In this document: positions 28,018 to 37,757 of the stretch, piece after piece
How the letters are laid out: the number at the start of each line of letters is the position of its first letter
Numbering within the stretch: the first letter of the stretch is position 1
From: Dehalococcoidia bacterium
Lineage (GTDB): Bacteria; Chloroflexota; Dehalococcoidia; DSTF01; JACRBR01
Assembly: GCA_040902535.1 (NCBI GenBank)
Contig: JBBDXD010000022.1
Location: 220,823 to 284,822 of the forward strand
Reading direction: 5' to 3'
Length of the DNA stretch: 64,000 nt
Made by a program: the position numbers and the translations under genes
The notes under the pieces: model-generated
The model's database searches: none
What the model saw: the letters and a program-made list of their open reading frames with translations, nothing else
What the model was told of the DNA's origin: nothing

Positions 28018-29133
28018 GTGAAGATCACCGAAGTCAAAACGAGGCGCTTCGTCTTCAACCACGAAGACCATCCGTTCCACCCGACGTGGCGTCCCTTCGC
28101 GGAGCGTCACCAGGACGTGATGGTCGTCGAGGTCCACACCGACGAAGGCATCACGGGCATCGGCGCGGGTGGCGTGCTGACGCGGCTGAACACCGCCGCC
28201 GGCCTGTTCGTCGGTCGCGACCCGCTCGCGATCGAAGAGCACTGGCACCTGCTGCGTGGCATCGCGAACTTCATGGGCCGCCCGTGGCCGATCGAGATCG
28301 CGCTGTGGGACATCGCCGCGAAGAAGGCGGGCGTGCCGCTCTACAAGCTGCTGGGCGGCAAGAACGACAAGCTGCTGGCCTACTGCTCGACGGGCGAGAT
28401 CCACGGCCTGGAGCAGCGCGTCGAGGATGTGCTGCGGATCCGCGAGATGGGCTTCAAGGCCGTGAAGCTGCGCTTCCACAACCCCGACTGGCGTATCGAC
28501 CTGAAGACGCTCGACGCCGTGCGCAAGGCGGTCGGTGACAGCATGACGATCATGGTCGATGGCAATTGGGGCTGGTACCTGCCCGGCGACCGTCGCGTAG
28601 GCGCCTGGGACCGCAAGACCGCGCGCGCCGTCGTCAGGGCGCTGGAGGACTACGACGTCTTCTGGATCGAAGAGCCGTTGTACGCCTACGACTACGACGG
28701 CCTCGCCGAAGTGCGCGCGAACACGACGGTGCGCGTGGCCGGCGGCGAGTTGAACGCTGGACTGCACGAGTTCCAGGTGTACTTCGACAAGGGCTCGTTC
28801 GACGTGTACCAGCCGGACTGCACGTTCGCCGGCGGCATCACCGTAGCGAAGAAGGTCGCCGGCATGGCCGAGGCGGCGGGGCTCCTGTTCGCGCCGCACA
28901 CGTGGACGAACGGCCTGGGCCTGGCGGCGAACCTGCAGGTCGCCGCGTCCGTGTCGAATTGCCCGTTCATCGAGTTTCCGTACGACCCGCCGAACTGGAT
29001 ACCCGAGTACCGCGACTTCATGCTCACCGAGCCGATGACCATCGATACGGACGGCTACCTGCACGTGCCGGACAAGCCGGGTCTTGGCGTCGAACTGGAC
29101 GAAGAGCGGCTACGATCGATTGAGCGTGTCTAA
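28018..29133 (+). CDS. Mandelate racemase/muconate lactonizing enzyme family
   Basis: IEIALWDI..K..G.PLYKLLGG, K.K-like motif, MVDGN, WIEEP, GGE, HTW. Confidence 0.92.
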   Translation: MKITEVKTRRFVFNHEDHPFHPTWRPFAERHQDVMVVEVHTDEGITGIGAGGVLTRLNTAAGLFVGRDPLAIEEHWHLLRGIANFMGRPWPIEIALWDIAAKKAGVPLYKLLGGKNDKLLAYCSTGEIHGLEQRVEDVLRIREMGFKAVKLRFHNPDWRIDLKTLDAVRKAVGDSMTIMVDGNWGWYLPGDRRVGAWDRKTARAVVRALEDYDVFWIEEPLYAYDYDGLAEVRANTTVRVAGGELNAGLHEFQVYFDKGSFDVYQPDCTFAGGITVAKKVAGMAEAAGLLFAPHTWTNGLGLAANLQVAASVSNCPFIEFPYDPPNWIPEYRDFMLTEPMTIDTDGYLHVPDKPGLGVELDEERLRSIERV

Positions 29134-29533
29134 ACGCCGTTTTTCGAAACGCGTCATCTTCTTCATCGCCGGCGTTGCGGGGTTCCTGACGTTCGTGCTG
29201 TCGATCGCGGCATGGGCGGCGTTCAGCGGCGATGCCGGATCGCAGCGGGGCGTCGTGCTTCGCAACGTGACGGGCCTCACGACGGACGTCACGCTCGCTG
29301 ACGGCCGGACGGCGCGCATCGAGCGCGACGATGAAGCGACGTTCGTCGTGCGGCGCGAGGAGTTTCCTTCCGTGATCCGCGTGACGTCGGCCGCGGGCGC
29401 TCCGGTGCTCGAACGCGAGATCGCGTGGGAGTTCCTCGCGGCGGCGGAGTTCCGCGTCTCGTTCGACGAGAACGGCTTCTTCCCGACCACCATCGTGCGC
29501 TCGACGCCCGTGCGCACCAGCGCGTCGCCCTGA
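29126..29533 (+). CDS. Hypothetical membrane-anchored protein
   Basis: GTG 29126 overlapping the upstream stop. One N-terminal TM helix. Confidence 0.65.
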   Translation: MSKRRFSKRVIFFIAGVAGFLTFVLSIAAWAAFSGDAGSQRGVVLRNVTGLTTDVTLADGRTARIERDDEATFVVRREEFPSVIRVTSAAGAPVLEREIAWEFLAAAEFRVSFDENGFFPTTIVRSTPVRTSASP

Positions 29534-29545
29534 TCGGAGGCTCGT

Positions 29546-30763
29546 ATGCCCGCCCTGCTGTTTAACGACGCGGTCCTGCTCGACGGCACCGGCGCCGAGC
29601 CGCGCGGCCGCTCCAGCGCGCTCGTCGAGGATGGACGCATCGCCCGTATCGACGCCTCGGGGGCGATCGATGCGCCTGTGGGTGCGCGAGTCATCGACTG
29701 TGGCGGCCGCACGCTCATGCCCGGACTCACCGACGCGCACGTGCATTTCGGCCTGACCGACGATGGCACGCGCACGCCGGAAAGCCACGTCTCGTACGTG
29801 TTGAAGGTGGTCGAGAACATTCGCATCGCGCTCGATGAGGGGTTCACGACCGTGCGCGACGCCGGCGGCCTCGATCCCGCATACGCGCTGGCCGTCGAAC
29901 AGGGACAGATCCCGGGGCCGCGCATCCTGCCCTCAGGGTCATTCCTCTCGCAGACCGGCGGCCACGGCGACCAGCGCTTCCGCTTCGACGACGAGGCGCC
30001 GCCATCGATCCCCGGCCTGGTCGCCCATAGTGAGATCTGCGACAGCCCGGACGACGTGCGCCGCGCCGCGCGCAAGCAGATCCGCCGCGGCGCCACGCAG
30101 GTCAAGCTGATGGCGTCCGGCGGCATCATGTCGCCCAATGACCCGCTCGAAAGCCTCCAGTTCTCCGTCGAGGAGATGGCGGCGGCGGTCGCCGAGGCGC
30201 GGTCCTTCGGCACGTACGTCATGGCGCACACGCACACGTCCGGCGCGATGAATCGCGCGCTCGATGCCGGCGTGCGGTCATTGGAGCACGCAAGCATGCT
30301 CGATCAAGCGACGGCTCGGCGCATCGCGGAGCAGGACGCGTACATCGTCCCGACGCTGGTCATCTTCGAGATCCTTTCGCGGTCGGACCGGATCCCCGAG
30401 TTCAGCCGCAGCAAGCTCGAACTGGTGCGGCGCGAGGCGGCCGCGAGCGTACGCGTCGCGCTCGATGCGGGCGTGCGCATCGCGTCCGGGTCGGACCTGC
30501 TCGGGCCATCGCAGCGCCGGCGTGGGAACGAGATCGTCGAGAAGGCGAAGCACATGGGCGCCATGGCGGCGATCGTCAGCGCGACGAAGACGAACGCGGA
30601 ACTCTTCCGCATGGCGGACCGCATCGGTACGGTCGAAGCAGGCAGGGAAGCGGACCTGATCGTCGTAGACGGCGACGTCGGCGGAGACGTTGGCGCGCTG
30701 GTCGATGCGCGGAATGTCGTGCTGGTCGTGAAGTCGGGCGAGATCGTGAAGGACGCGCTCTAG
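29546..30763 (+). CDS. Amidohydrolase family (prolidase-like)
   Basis: PGLTDAHVH, GFTTVRDAG, QVKLMASGG, LEH and GSD motifs. Confidence 0.92.
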   Translation: MPALLFNDAVLLDGTGAEPRGRSSALVEDGRIARIDASGAIDAPVGARVIDCGGRTLMPGLTDAHVHFGLTDDGTRTPESHVSYVLKVVENIRIALDEGFTTVRDAGGLDPAYALAVEQGQIPGPRILPSGSFLSQTGGHGDQRFRFDDEAPPSIPGLVAHSEICDSPDDVRRAARKQIRRGATQVKLMASGGIMSPNDPLESLQFSVEEMAAAVAEARSFGTYVMAHTHTSGAMNRALDAGVRSLEHASMLDQATARRIAEQDAYIVPTLVIFEILSRSDRIPEFSRSKLELVRREAAASVRVALDAGVRIASGSDLLGPSQRRRGNEIVEKAKHMGAMAAIVSATKTNAELFRMADRIGTVEAGREADLIVVDGDVGGDVGALVDARNVVLVVKSGEIVKDAL

Positions 30764-31400
30764 AGGGCAGCCCCGCCTGTTCGAGCCGCTGGCGCATCTT
30801 CTCTTCACTCATGAAGCCGTAGTGCAGCGCCGCAAGATTGCCCTCGCGGTCGATGAAGAAGCTGTCGGGCAACCCCTGCAGCAGGTACTGGTTGTACACC
30901 GAGCCGCTGCGGTCGAGCAGCATGGGCACCGAGATGCCCAGGTCGTCGAAGAACGCCCGCGCGTCCTCCTGGTTGTCCTGGTAGTTGACGGCGAGCACCT
31001 CGAGGCCTTCGTCGCGCTTTTCATCGTAGAGTTTCTGGATGTCCGGCAGTTCGTCGCGGCACGGGCGGCACCACGTTGCCCAGAAATTCACGAAGACGAC
31101 CTTGCCCCGCAGATCGCTGAGCTTGACGATCTCGCCGTCTGCGTCACGCAGGGCGAAGTCGGGCGCCGGCGCGCCCAAGGTGGGGCTGCGGCCGTCGAGC
31201 GCGCCCAGCCCGGGGTCATCCGGCTCGCCCGTCGCCTCGCCGGTCGGCGGCGCGATGATTTCGGGGCTGTCGCCGTCATCGGCGCGGCCGGCGCGCACGG
31301 CCAGAAAGACGCCGCCCAGCACCGCCAGCAGCACGATGGCCAACGCGGCGCGCGCGACGGGACGCTCGGTGATCGGCGGCGATTCACGTCCGGATTGCAT
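30576..31400 (-). CDS. TlpA/ResA-like thiol-disulfide oxidoreductase
   Basis: TM anchor, APDF.L and NFWATWCRPC. ATG 31400. The expected stop near 30760 is out of frame (see findings). Confidence 0.9.
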   Translation of the reverse strand: MQSGRESPPITERPVARAALAIVLLAVLGGVFLAVRAGRADDGDSPEIIAPPTGEATGEPDDPGLGALDGRSPTLGAPAPDFALRDADGEIVKLSDLRGKVVFVNFWATWCRPCRDELPDIQKLYDEKRDEGLEVLAVNYQDNQEDARAFFDDLGISVPMLLDRSGSVYNQYLLQGLPDSFFIDREGNLAALHYGFMSEEKMRQRLEQAGLPSRARPSRSRPTSRPARHSAHRPARQRLRRRRRLRRSGPLPCLLRPYRCGPPCGRVPRSSSSR

Positions 31401-31571
31401 ACCTAACTCTAACGCTCGGCGTGTCGTGCGAGCAGAGCCCATCGACGTGATGCCCAGGCGCCCGGACAACGGGGCGTCGATCGAGCGCACCCGCGATCCG
31501 CGCCTTGACTTCGATCCGGCGGCGATTCAGGCTTCAGTGCGCATGAGCCACCGCGCTGGATGGGCCGCACT

Positions 31572-32435
31572 ATGACCGACCGTCGCCTGGAGCCGACCTG
31601 CAGGGAATGCGGCCGCCCGCTGTCGTTCCACGCCGGCGAGACGCGCCCCGCGCGCTGCGAGCAGTGCTTCGACGACTTCCTGCGCGCCCGCGACGTCGAA
31701 TTCCTGTCGAGCTATGCCGAGCTGGGGGTGACGAGCCGCCGCACGATCGCCGAGACGTGCTTCCGGGCGCTGGCGATGGACAATCCGCAGCACCGCAAAG
31801 TGCTGGCGATGAACATCATGGAGCAGTACGTCCACACGGCCGGCGACCTCATCGGGCTGTATGCCGCGCTCAAGCAACGCGGCCGCGAGCCGATCATGCG
31901 CGCGTTCCTCGACTTCAAGCTCGACCACGCAACGGCGATCGCGTTCTTCCGCGAGATCGCGAGCACGCCGGCGCCGGAGCTGCTCGCGTCGCTTGGCTTA
32001 CCGATGCCGGAAGGCGTGGCCGCGCGCTGCCCTTCGCTGTCGAAGAGCGACGTGAAGGACCTGAAGCGGGCGATGGATCAGATGCTCTACGACCTCGCCT
32101 ACACCGTGAATCCCGGCGAGAGCGCCGCGCTCGCGCTGGCGCAGATGGCCGGCGAGAGCCGCATCGGTCCGGCGCTCGCCAACCAGTCGATGTGGCTCGA
32201 CAACGTCGGATTGCGCAAGGACCAGGTCGCTTCGTTCTCGCTCGACGAGAGGCGTCGGACGATCAACATCACGGCGATCACGGTCGACGAGAAGAAACTC
32301 GAGAACGTGATCAGCACGATCAACGCGATGACGCGCGCGGCGCAGAATCTCATCTACGCAGTCCTCACCATGTACCAGGAGGACGACCGCGTGAAGGAGA
32401 AGCCGCGCGCCGCCAAACCGCCCGTCAAGCGCTGA
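31572..32435 (+). CDS. Hypothetical protein with N-terminal CxxC...CxxC
   Basis: CRECG...CEQC followed by a helical domain. Good coding-like codon usage. Confidence 0.75.
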   Translation: MTDRRLEPTCRECGRPLSFHAGETRPARCEQCFDDFLRARDVEFLSSYAELGVTSRRTIAETCFRALAMDNPQHRKVLAMNIMEQYVHTAGDLIGLYAALKQRGREPIMRAFLDFKLDHATAIAFFREIASTPAPELLASLGLPMPEGVAARCPSLSKSDVKDLKRAMDQMLYDLAYTVNPGESAALALAQMAGESRIGPALANQSMWLDNVGLRKDQVASFSLDERRRTINITAITVDEKKLENVISTINAMTRAAQNLIYAVLTMYQEDDRVKEKPRAAKPPVKR

Positions 32436-32474
32436 CATTCGCCCGCGCGCGGCGCCCCAAGTACACTCGCTGCC

Positions 32475-33449
32475 ATGGACGAAGGCTCGATTACCGACGT
32501 TCCCGGCATCCGCGTCGGGCACTGGACTGATCTCGACGCGATCACGGGATGCACCGTCGTGCTGCCGGACGCGCCCGCGATCGCTGGCGTCGATGTGCGC
32601 GGCGCCGCGCCCGGTACGCGTGAGACGGACGTGCTGCGTTCGGGCAACCTCGTGCAGCACGTGCACGGCATCGTGCTGGCGGGCGGCAGCGCCTTCGGCC
32701 TCGATGCCGCGACGGGCGTCGTGCGCTACCTCGTCGAGCGCGGCGTCGGCTTCGCATTCGGCGAGAGCGTGATCCCAATCGTGCCCGCGGCGATCCTCTT
32801 CGACCTGAGCATCGGACGCGCGGACCGGCGTGCCGACGCCGATGCCGGCTATGCTGCCGCCGAGAACGCCGGATATCAGTGCGATGAAGGCAGCGTGGGC
32901 GCCGGCACCGGCGCGACCGTCGGCAAGGCACACGGCCCTGCGCGCGCGATGAAGGGCGGCATCGGCACGGCGAGCGAGCAGAGCGCCTCCGGGCTCATCT
33001 GCGGCGCGCTGGCGGCGGTCAACGCGTCTGGCGAGGTCATCGAGCCGCGTGACGGTCGCGTGCTGGCCGGCGCACGTGGCGACGACGGTGCGATCGACGA
33101 GACGACGGAAGCGCTGCGGGAGGGCCGGTTCTGGCGGCCCGAGATGCCCGACGGCAACACGGTGCTCGTCGTGGTCGCCACGAACGCCGCGCTCACGAAG
33201 GAGCACGCGAACCGGCTCGCCACGGTCTGCCACGACGGCATCGCGCGCGCCGTGCGTCCCGCGCACACGCCCGGCGATGGTGACGTCGTGTTCACGCTCG
33301 CGACGGGCGAGCACGCGCTCGCGGACTACGACTACCGCGTCGTCGAAGCGCTTTCTACGCGCGCCGTCGAACGGGCGATTGTGCGCGGCGTCATGCAGGC
33401 CGCGACGCTTGGCGGCATCCCTTCGGCGCGCGATCTCGTCACCGAATAG
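32475..33449 (+). CDS. P1/DmpA family peptidase (S58)
   Basis: ITDVPGI.VGH, GAAPGTRET, GGSAFGL, GAGTGA and DGD motifs. Confidence 0.92.
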   Translation: MDEGSITDVPGIRVGHWTDLDAITGCTVVLPDAPAIAGVDVRGAAPGTRETDVLRSGNLVQHVHGIVLAGGSAFGLDAATGVVRYLVERGVGFAFGESVIPIVPAAILFDLSIGRADRRADADAGYAAAENAGYQCDEGSVGAGTGATVGKAHGPARAMKGGIGTASEQSASGLICGALAAVNASGEVIEPRDGRVLAGARGDDGAIDETTEALREGRFWRPEMPDGNTVLVVVATNAALTKEHANRLATVCHDGIARAVRPAHTPGDGDVVFTLATGEHALADYDYRVVEALSTRAVERAIVRGVMQAATLGGIPSARDLVTE

Positions 33450-33672
33450 CGCACACACTGCGCGCATCCCTCGGCCCGCCGATGCGTGCTTGCCTGGCGT
33501 TTCGCTACGCCGCTCGGCAGGCTCATTGGTTTGCGCACCGACGGCGCCAGACGTGCGCTGTTCCCGTTGCGATATCGCCGACATTCGCACGATCGCGGAT
33601 GTAACGGTGATCGCCGATCGCGGCCCGCACGCTGGGCGCGACGAATTGTTGGGAAGTCAGCCTGGAGGGAAC

Positions 33673-33975
33673 ATGGCACATTCACATGACTCACACGCTC
33701 ATCGTGATGTTGAGGTCGTCGAAGGATCGGGTTTTGGCGCCGGCATGATGATCGGCGCCGCGACGATCCTCGTCGTCGCAGTGCTTGCGATCGTCCTGCT
33801 CGTCGCACAGCCGTGGGACGACGACGCGAACGTGACGCCGAACGTCCCGGACGTGACCGACGACAGCGGCGGCGGTGGGGGTGGTACGGACGGCGGCACG
33901 AGCGACGGCGGCGGCACCGGCGGTAGCGACGCCGGCGGAGGCACGGACGGCGGTGTCGAACCGCCCGCGCCGTAG
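33673..33975 (+). CDS. Small single-TM protein with Gly/Asp-rich tail
   Basis: SD GGAGG before ATG 33673. Hydrophobic segment then a low-complexity tail. Confidence 0.7.
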   Translation: MAHSHDSHAHRDVEVVEGSGFGAGMMIGAATILVVAVLAIVLLVAQPWDDDANVTPNVPDVTDDSGGGGGGTDGGTSDGGGTGGSDAGGGTDGGVEPPAP

Positions 33976-33984
33976 AGCACCGAG

Positions 33985-34128
33985 ATGGCCGCGCTGCTGA
34001 TCCTCTTGCTGCTGGTCTTGCTCTTCGGCGGGCTCGGGGTGTTCGTCGCGAAGGCGTTCTTCATCGCGCTTGCGGTGGTGCTGATCGCCGGCATGCTGGC
34101 AGGAGGCACGCTCGCGCGGCGCGTATAA
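33985..34128 (+). CDS. 47-aa hydrophobic membrane protein
   Basis: Manual translation MAALLILLLLVLLFGGLGVFVAKAFFIALAVVLIAGMLAGGTLARRV*. Below the ORF-track size cutoff. Confidence 0.7.
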   Translation: MAALLILLLLVLLFGGLGVFVAKAFFIALAVVLIAGMLAGGTLARRV

Positions 34129-34155
34129 CAAGCCGGGTGGACGGCAGACCGGAAG

Positions 34156-34184
34156 GAAGAGGCTCGCGAAATGCGGGCCTCTTC
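34156..34184. terminator. Hairpin between convergent genes
   Basis: GAAGAGGCTCGC-gaaat-GCGGGCCTCTTC. Confidence 0.6.
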
Positions 34185-34189
34185 GGCGT

Positions 34190-35167
34190 CTAGGGACAGG
34201 ACGACGGCTGTTCGAACGCCCAATCGAAGAGGCGCTCCGCATCCGTATAGCGGTCGTCGCTGCTCATCAACGAAGCGATAATGCGCCGCCCGTCGCGTGT
34301 GGCCGAAGCGACGATCGTCTGCTTCGATTCCTCGGTGAAGCCGATCTTCACCCCGTCGGCGCCATCGTACTCCGTGAGGAAGGCGTTTCCGTTCCAGACT
34401 TCGGGCCCGTCCCAGCGCGGTTGCCACGATATCGTCGAGACGATGCGCCGCAGGTCGGCGTTCTGCATCACGTAGCGCGCCAGGATCGCCATGTCATAGG
34501 CGCTCGAGTGCAGTCCCTCTTCGTACAGCCCGTGCGCGTTCGTGAAGTTCGTGTCGTCGAGCGCGAGCGACTTCGCCTTTTCGTTCATCAGTTCGACGAA
34601 CGCTTCTTCGCTGCCGCTGATCCCCTTCGCGATCGCCATCGCCGCGTCGTTGCCGGACGGCAGCAAGAGTCCGTACAGCAGGTCGAGCAGCGAGAGTTGC
34701 ATGCCCGGCTCAAGCCCCATGATCGTCGATCCGGTCGCCTCGTGCAGCGCCAGCCCGTCGATGTCCGACGTGATCATCATGTCGACGCCGGCCTGGTCGG
34801 TCGCGACGGCGGCGGTCATGAGCTTGGTCAGGCTTGCCGGCGGAAAGCGGCCGTGGGCATCGCGCCCGAAGATCACGGCGCCGCACGCGCCTTCGATCGC
34901 GGCGATGTACCGCGCGCTGATGAACGGGAAGCCGTCGGGTTCCCGCGCCGACGCGGCCGGTCGCGGGTTCGGCGCCGCGCGGGCGATGCTCGGAGCGACG
35001 GATGCGCCGAGGGTGGACGAAGCACAATCCACGACGCAGGCCTCGGTCGCGAGGCGATCGGCGTAGATCGAACCGGAGACCCAGCCGGCCGACAGCGCGA
35101 ACACTGCAAGCACGACCCCGATCACCGCACCCACCCCGCCACGGGTTGCGCGGCTGAGTACACCCAT
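34190..35167 (-). CDS. D-alanyl-D-alanine carboxypeptidase family (S11)
   Basis: PASLTK (SxxK), SGNDA (SxN), third motif reads KIG. Confidence 0.88.
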   Translation of the reverse strand: MGVLSRATRGGVGAVIGVVLAVFALSAGWVSGSIYADRLATEACVVDCASSTLGASVAPSIARAAPNPRPAASAREPDGFPFISARYIAAIEGACGAVIFGRDAHGRFPPASLTKLMTAAVATDQAGVDMMITSDIDGLALHEATGSTIMGLEPGMQLSLLDLLYGLLLPSGNDAAMAIAKGISGSEEAFVELMNEKAKSLALDDTNFTNAHGLYEEGLHSSAYDMAILARYVMQNADLRRIVSTISWQPRWDGPEVWNGNAFLTEYDGADGVKIGFTEESKQTIVASATRDGRRIIASLMSSDDRYTDAERLFDWAFEQPSSCP

Positions 35168-35289
35168 ATTTCCGCCGAGTATAGCCGCGCCGGACGCCGC
35201 TGGCTACCCATCCCGATCATTTCGTTGATCAGATCTTTCAATCTTCGTCGCGCCTCGTGATCGAAGCGGTCGATCGTTTGACGAACGGA

Positions 35290-35319
35290 TTGACAACGCC
35301 AATTCGCCCCCGATACGCT
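35290..35319 (+). promoter_or_regulatory. Sigma-70 promoter of the pan operon
   Basis: TTGACA-N18-TACGCT. Confidence 0.7.
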
Positions 35320-35325
35320 GAATCG

Positions 35326-35472
35326 CGCAATCGATCCCGAATGGGACGGTGAGCGTGAAGCGGGAGAATCGACAACCAGGCTGCCTGGATCACATCCGAC
35401 CGGGACGGCACATACGGCGAGATCATCGCGCTGATGCGTGCCTGTCCCGGAATACCCGGCACAGGCATTTTC
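35326..35472 (+). promoter_or_regulatory. Structured 5' leader, pan RNA motif-like, with attenuator hairpin
   Basis: Two similar units (ATCCCGAATGGGACGG, ATCCGACCGGGACGG), then hairpin GCCTGT..ACAGGC-ATTTT before panD. Confidence 0.6.
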
Positions 35473-35500
35473 GTTGTCGCTGCATCACGAGGAGATTCGG

Positions 35501-35881
35501 GTGCGGACGGTACTGAAGAGCAAGATCCATCGCGCGACCGTCACACAGGCGGACCTGCATTACGAGGGTAGCATCACTCTCGATGTCGCGCTCATGGAAG
35601 CCGCCGACATCCTCCCGTTCGAGCAGGTCCACGTGCTCGATGTGAACAACGGCCATCGTCTGACGACCTACGCCATCGAAGGTGAGCGCGATTGCGGCCA
35701 GGTCTGCATCAACGGCGCCGCGGCGCACCTCGTCGACCCCGGCGACGTCGTCATCATCCTCACGTACAAGGGCGCGACCGATGCTGAAGCTCGCTCGCTG
35801 GAGCCCACCCTCGTCTACGTCGACGAACGGAATCGCATCGCACGCATCGGCCACGCGATAGCGGCGGCGTCCGTCGCTTAG
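35501..35881 (+). CDS. panD: Aspartate 1-decarboxylase
   Basis: [22 protein letters not shown] and NGAAA. GTG 35501 with SD GAGGAG. Confidence 0.97.
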   Translation: MRTVLKSKIHRATVTQADLHYEGSITLDVALMEAADILPFEQVHVLDVNNGHRLTTYAIEGERDCGQVCINGAAAHLVDPGDVVIILTYKGATDAEARSLEPTLVYVDERNRIARIGHAIAAASVA

Positions 35882-35899
35882 TCTCCCGGAGGCACGCAT

Positions 35900-36781
35900 A
35901 TGGCGCGCATCACCATCAACGACATCCGCGACATGAAGCAGCACGGCGAGAAGGTCGCGATGATGACGGCCTACGACTATCCGTCGGCGCGACTGGTGGA
36001 AGACGGCGGCGCCGACGTGATTCTCGTCGGTGACACCCTCGGCATGGTGGTGCTCGGCTACGACTCGACCGTGCCTGTGACCATGGACGACATGATCCAC
36101 CACACGCGTGCCGTCGTGCGCGGCAGTCAGCGCGCTCTCGTCGTCGGCGACATGCCGTTCATGAGCTATCAGACAGGCTGGCAGGACGCGATGGTGAACG
36201 CGGCGCGCTTCATGAAGGATGCCGGCTGCGGCGCCGTCAAGCTGGAAGGCGGCGTGCGCTCCGCCGAGATCGTGAAGAAGCTTGTCGAAGCGGGCATTCC
36301 CGTCATGGGGCACATCGGCCTGACGCCGCAGTCGGTGAACCAGTTCGGAGGCTTCAAGGTGCAGGGCAAGACGCCTGCCGCCGCCGTGCAACTCATGCAC
36401 GACGCGCAGGCGCTCGAACAGGCGGGCGCGTTCGCGATCGTCCTGGAACTCGTGCCGGCGCAACTGGCGGAACTGCTCACCGAACGCCTCAGCGTCCCCA
36501 CGATCGGCATCGGCGCCGGCGTGCACTGCGACGGGCAGGTGCAGGTGTTCCACGACCTGCTCGGTCTGTACGACGCGTTCATACCGAAGCACGCGAAGCG
36601 CTACGCAGACGTCGGCACGGCGATCCGCGATGCCATCACGCAGTACGCCGCCGAGGTCAAGTCCGGCGCGTTCCCGACGCCGAAGCAAAGCTTCAACATG
36701 GATCCTGCCGCGCTCGCCGAACTGCGACCAAACAGCAGCGACGCGCTGCGCCGCCGGCACGCGGCCGGCCTCGACGCCTGA
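35900..36781 (+). CDS. panB: 3-methyl-2-oxobutanoate hydroxymethyltransferase
   Basis: TAYDY, LVGDTLG, VKLEGG and GHIGLTPQ motifs. Confidence 0.97.
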   Translation: MARITINDIRDMKQHGEKVAMMTAYDYPSARLVEDGGADVILVGDTLGMVVLGYDSTVPVTMDDMIHHTRAVVRGSQRALVVGDMPFMSYQTGWQDAMVNAARFMKDAGCGAVKLEGGVRSAEIVKKLVEAGIPVMGHIGLTPQSVNQFGGFKVQGKTPAAAVQLMHDAQALEQAGAFAIVLELVPAQLAELLTERLSVPTIGIGAGVHCDGQVQVFHDLLGLYDAFIPKHAKRYADVGTAIRDAITQYAAEVKSGAFPTPKQSFNMDPAALAELRPNSSDALRRRHAAGLDA

Positions 36782-36790
36782 CCCGTCGCG

Positions 36791-37627
36791 TTGCACGTCT
36801 TCCGCACGATCGACGACCTGCAAGCGTGGCGCCGTCGCCTCGAAGGCGACGTCGGACTCGTGCCGACGATGGGCTACCTGCACGAAGGGCATCTTTCGCT
36901 CGTCCGTGAAGCGCGTCGGCAGAGCGCGCATGCCGTGGCTACGATCTTCGTCAATCCGGCGCAGTTTGCCCCGCACGAAGACCTCGGACGCTATCCGCGC
37001 GACGAAGACCGCGATCTCTCACTCCTGGAAGCGGAGCGCACTGATGCGGTATTTGTCCCGACCGTCGACGAGATGTACCCGGAGGGCTACGCCACGTACG
37101 TCGGCGTCGATGCGCTCACGCAGCGCCTCGAAGGTGCCAGCCGCCCGACGCACTTCCGCGGTGTCACGACCGTCGTGCTCAAGCTCTTTAACATCGTGCG
37201 GCCGGATCGCGCCTATTTCGGTCAGAAGGATGCGCAGCAACTCGCCGTCATCCGCCGCATGGTGCGCGACCTCGACGTTCCCGTGCACGTCGTCGGCCTG
37301 CCGATCGTGCGCGAACCGGACGGCCTGGCGATGAGCAGCCGCAACGCCTACCTCACGCCCGAACAGCGCGCGCAGGCGCCCGTGCTCGACCGCGCGCTCG
37401 CCCTCGCGGAGCGCCTGTTCGATGATGGCGTGCGCGATGCGTCGCAGATCCGCCGGCACGTCGAGGAGACGATACGCGCGCAGCCGCTCGCGGAGATCGA
37501 CTACGTCAGCGTCGCAGATGCGGAGACGCTGGACGAACTCGAGATCGTCGATGGCGCAGCGCTCGTATCGCTCGCTGTGCGCTTCGGCGCGACGCGTCTG
37601 ATCGATAACACGGTGTTGCAGCCGTAG
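36791..37627 (+). CDS. panC: Pantoate-beta-alanine ligase
   Basis: VPTMGYLHEGH, FGQKDAQQ, REPDGLAMSSRN and RLIDN. Confidence 0.97.
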   Translation: MHVFRTIDDLQAWRRRLEGDVGLVPTMGYLHEGHLSLVREARRQSAHAVATIFVNPAQFAPHEDLGRYPRDEDRDLSLLEAERTDAVFVPTVDEMYPEGYATYVGVDALTQRLEGASRPTHFRGVTTVVLKLFNIVRPDRAYFGQKDAQQLAVIRRMVRDLDVPVHVVGLPIVREPDGLAMSSRNAYLTPEQRAQAPVLDRALALAERLFDDGVRDASQIRRHVEETIRAQPLAEIDYVSVADAETLDELEIVDGAALVSLAVRFGATRLIDNTVLQP

Positions 37628-37699
37628 ACGGGCGGCGACCGTCGGAGTACCAGGCTTCCCGCCCGACTTCCGGAGTCTGACCTTCGGCCCACTCCTGTT

Positions 37700-37708
37700 T
37701 GCTAGAAT
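37700..37708 (+). promoter_or_regulatory. Extended -10 (TGcTAGAAT) upstream of yebC
   Basis: TGn-TAGAAT about 50 nt before the start codon. Confidence 0.5.
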
Positions 37709-37757
37709 GCGTTCGGCGGTCCACGTCCGTCCGATTCAGCGGGAGTCGCATTCAACA

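Noticed and set aside
27280-29064. 594-aa ORF giving the HD-GYP protein a long N-terminus
   Set aside because: The upstream part is antisense to the enolase-family gene. The real start is ATG 27873.
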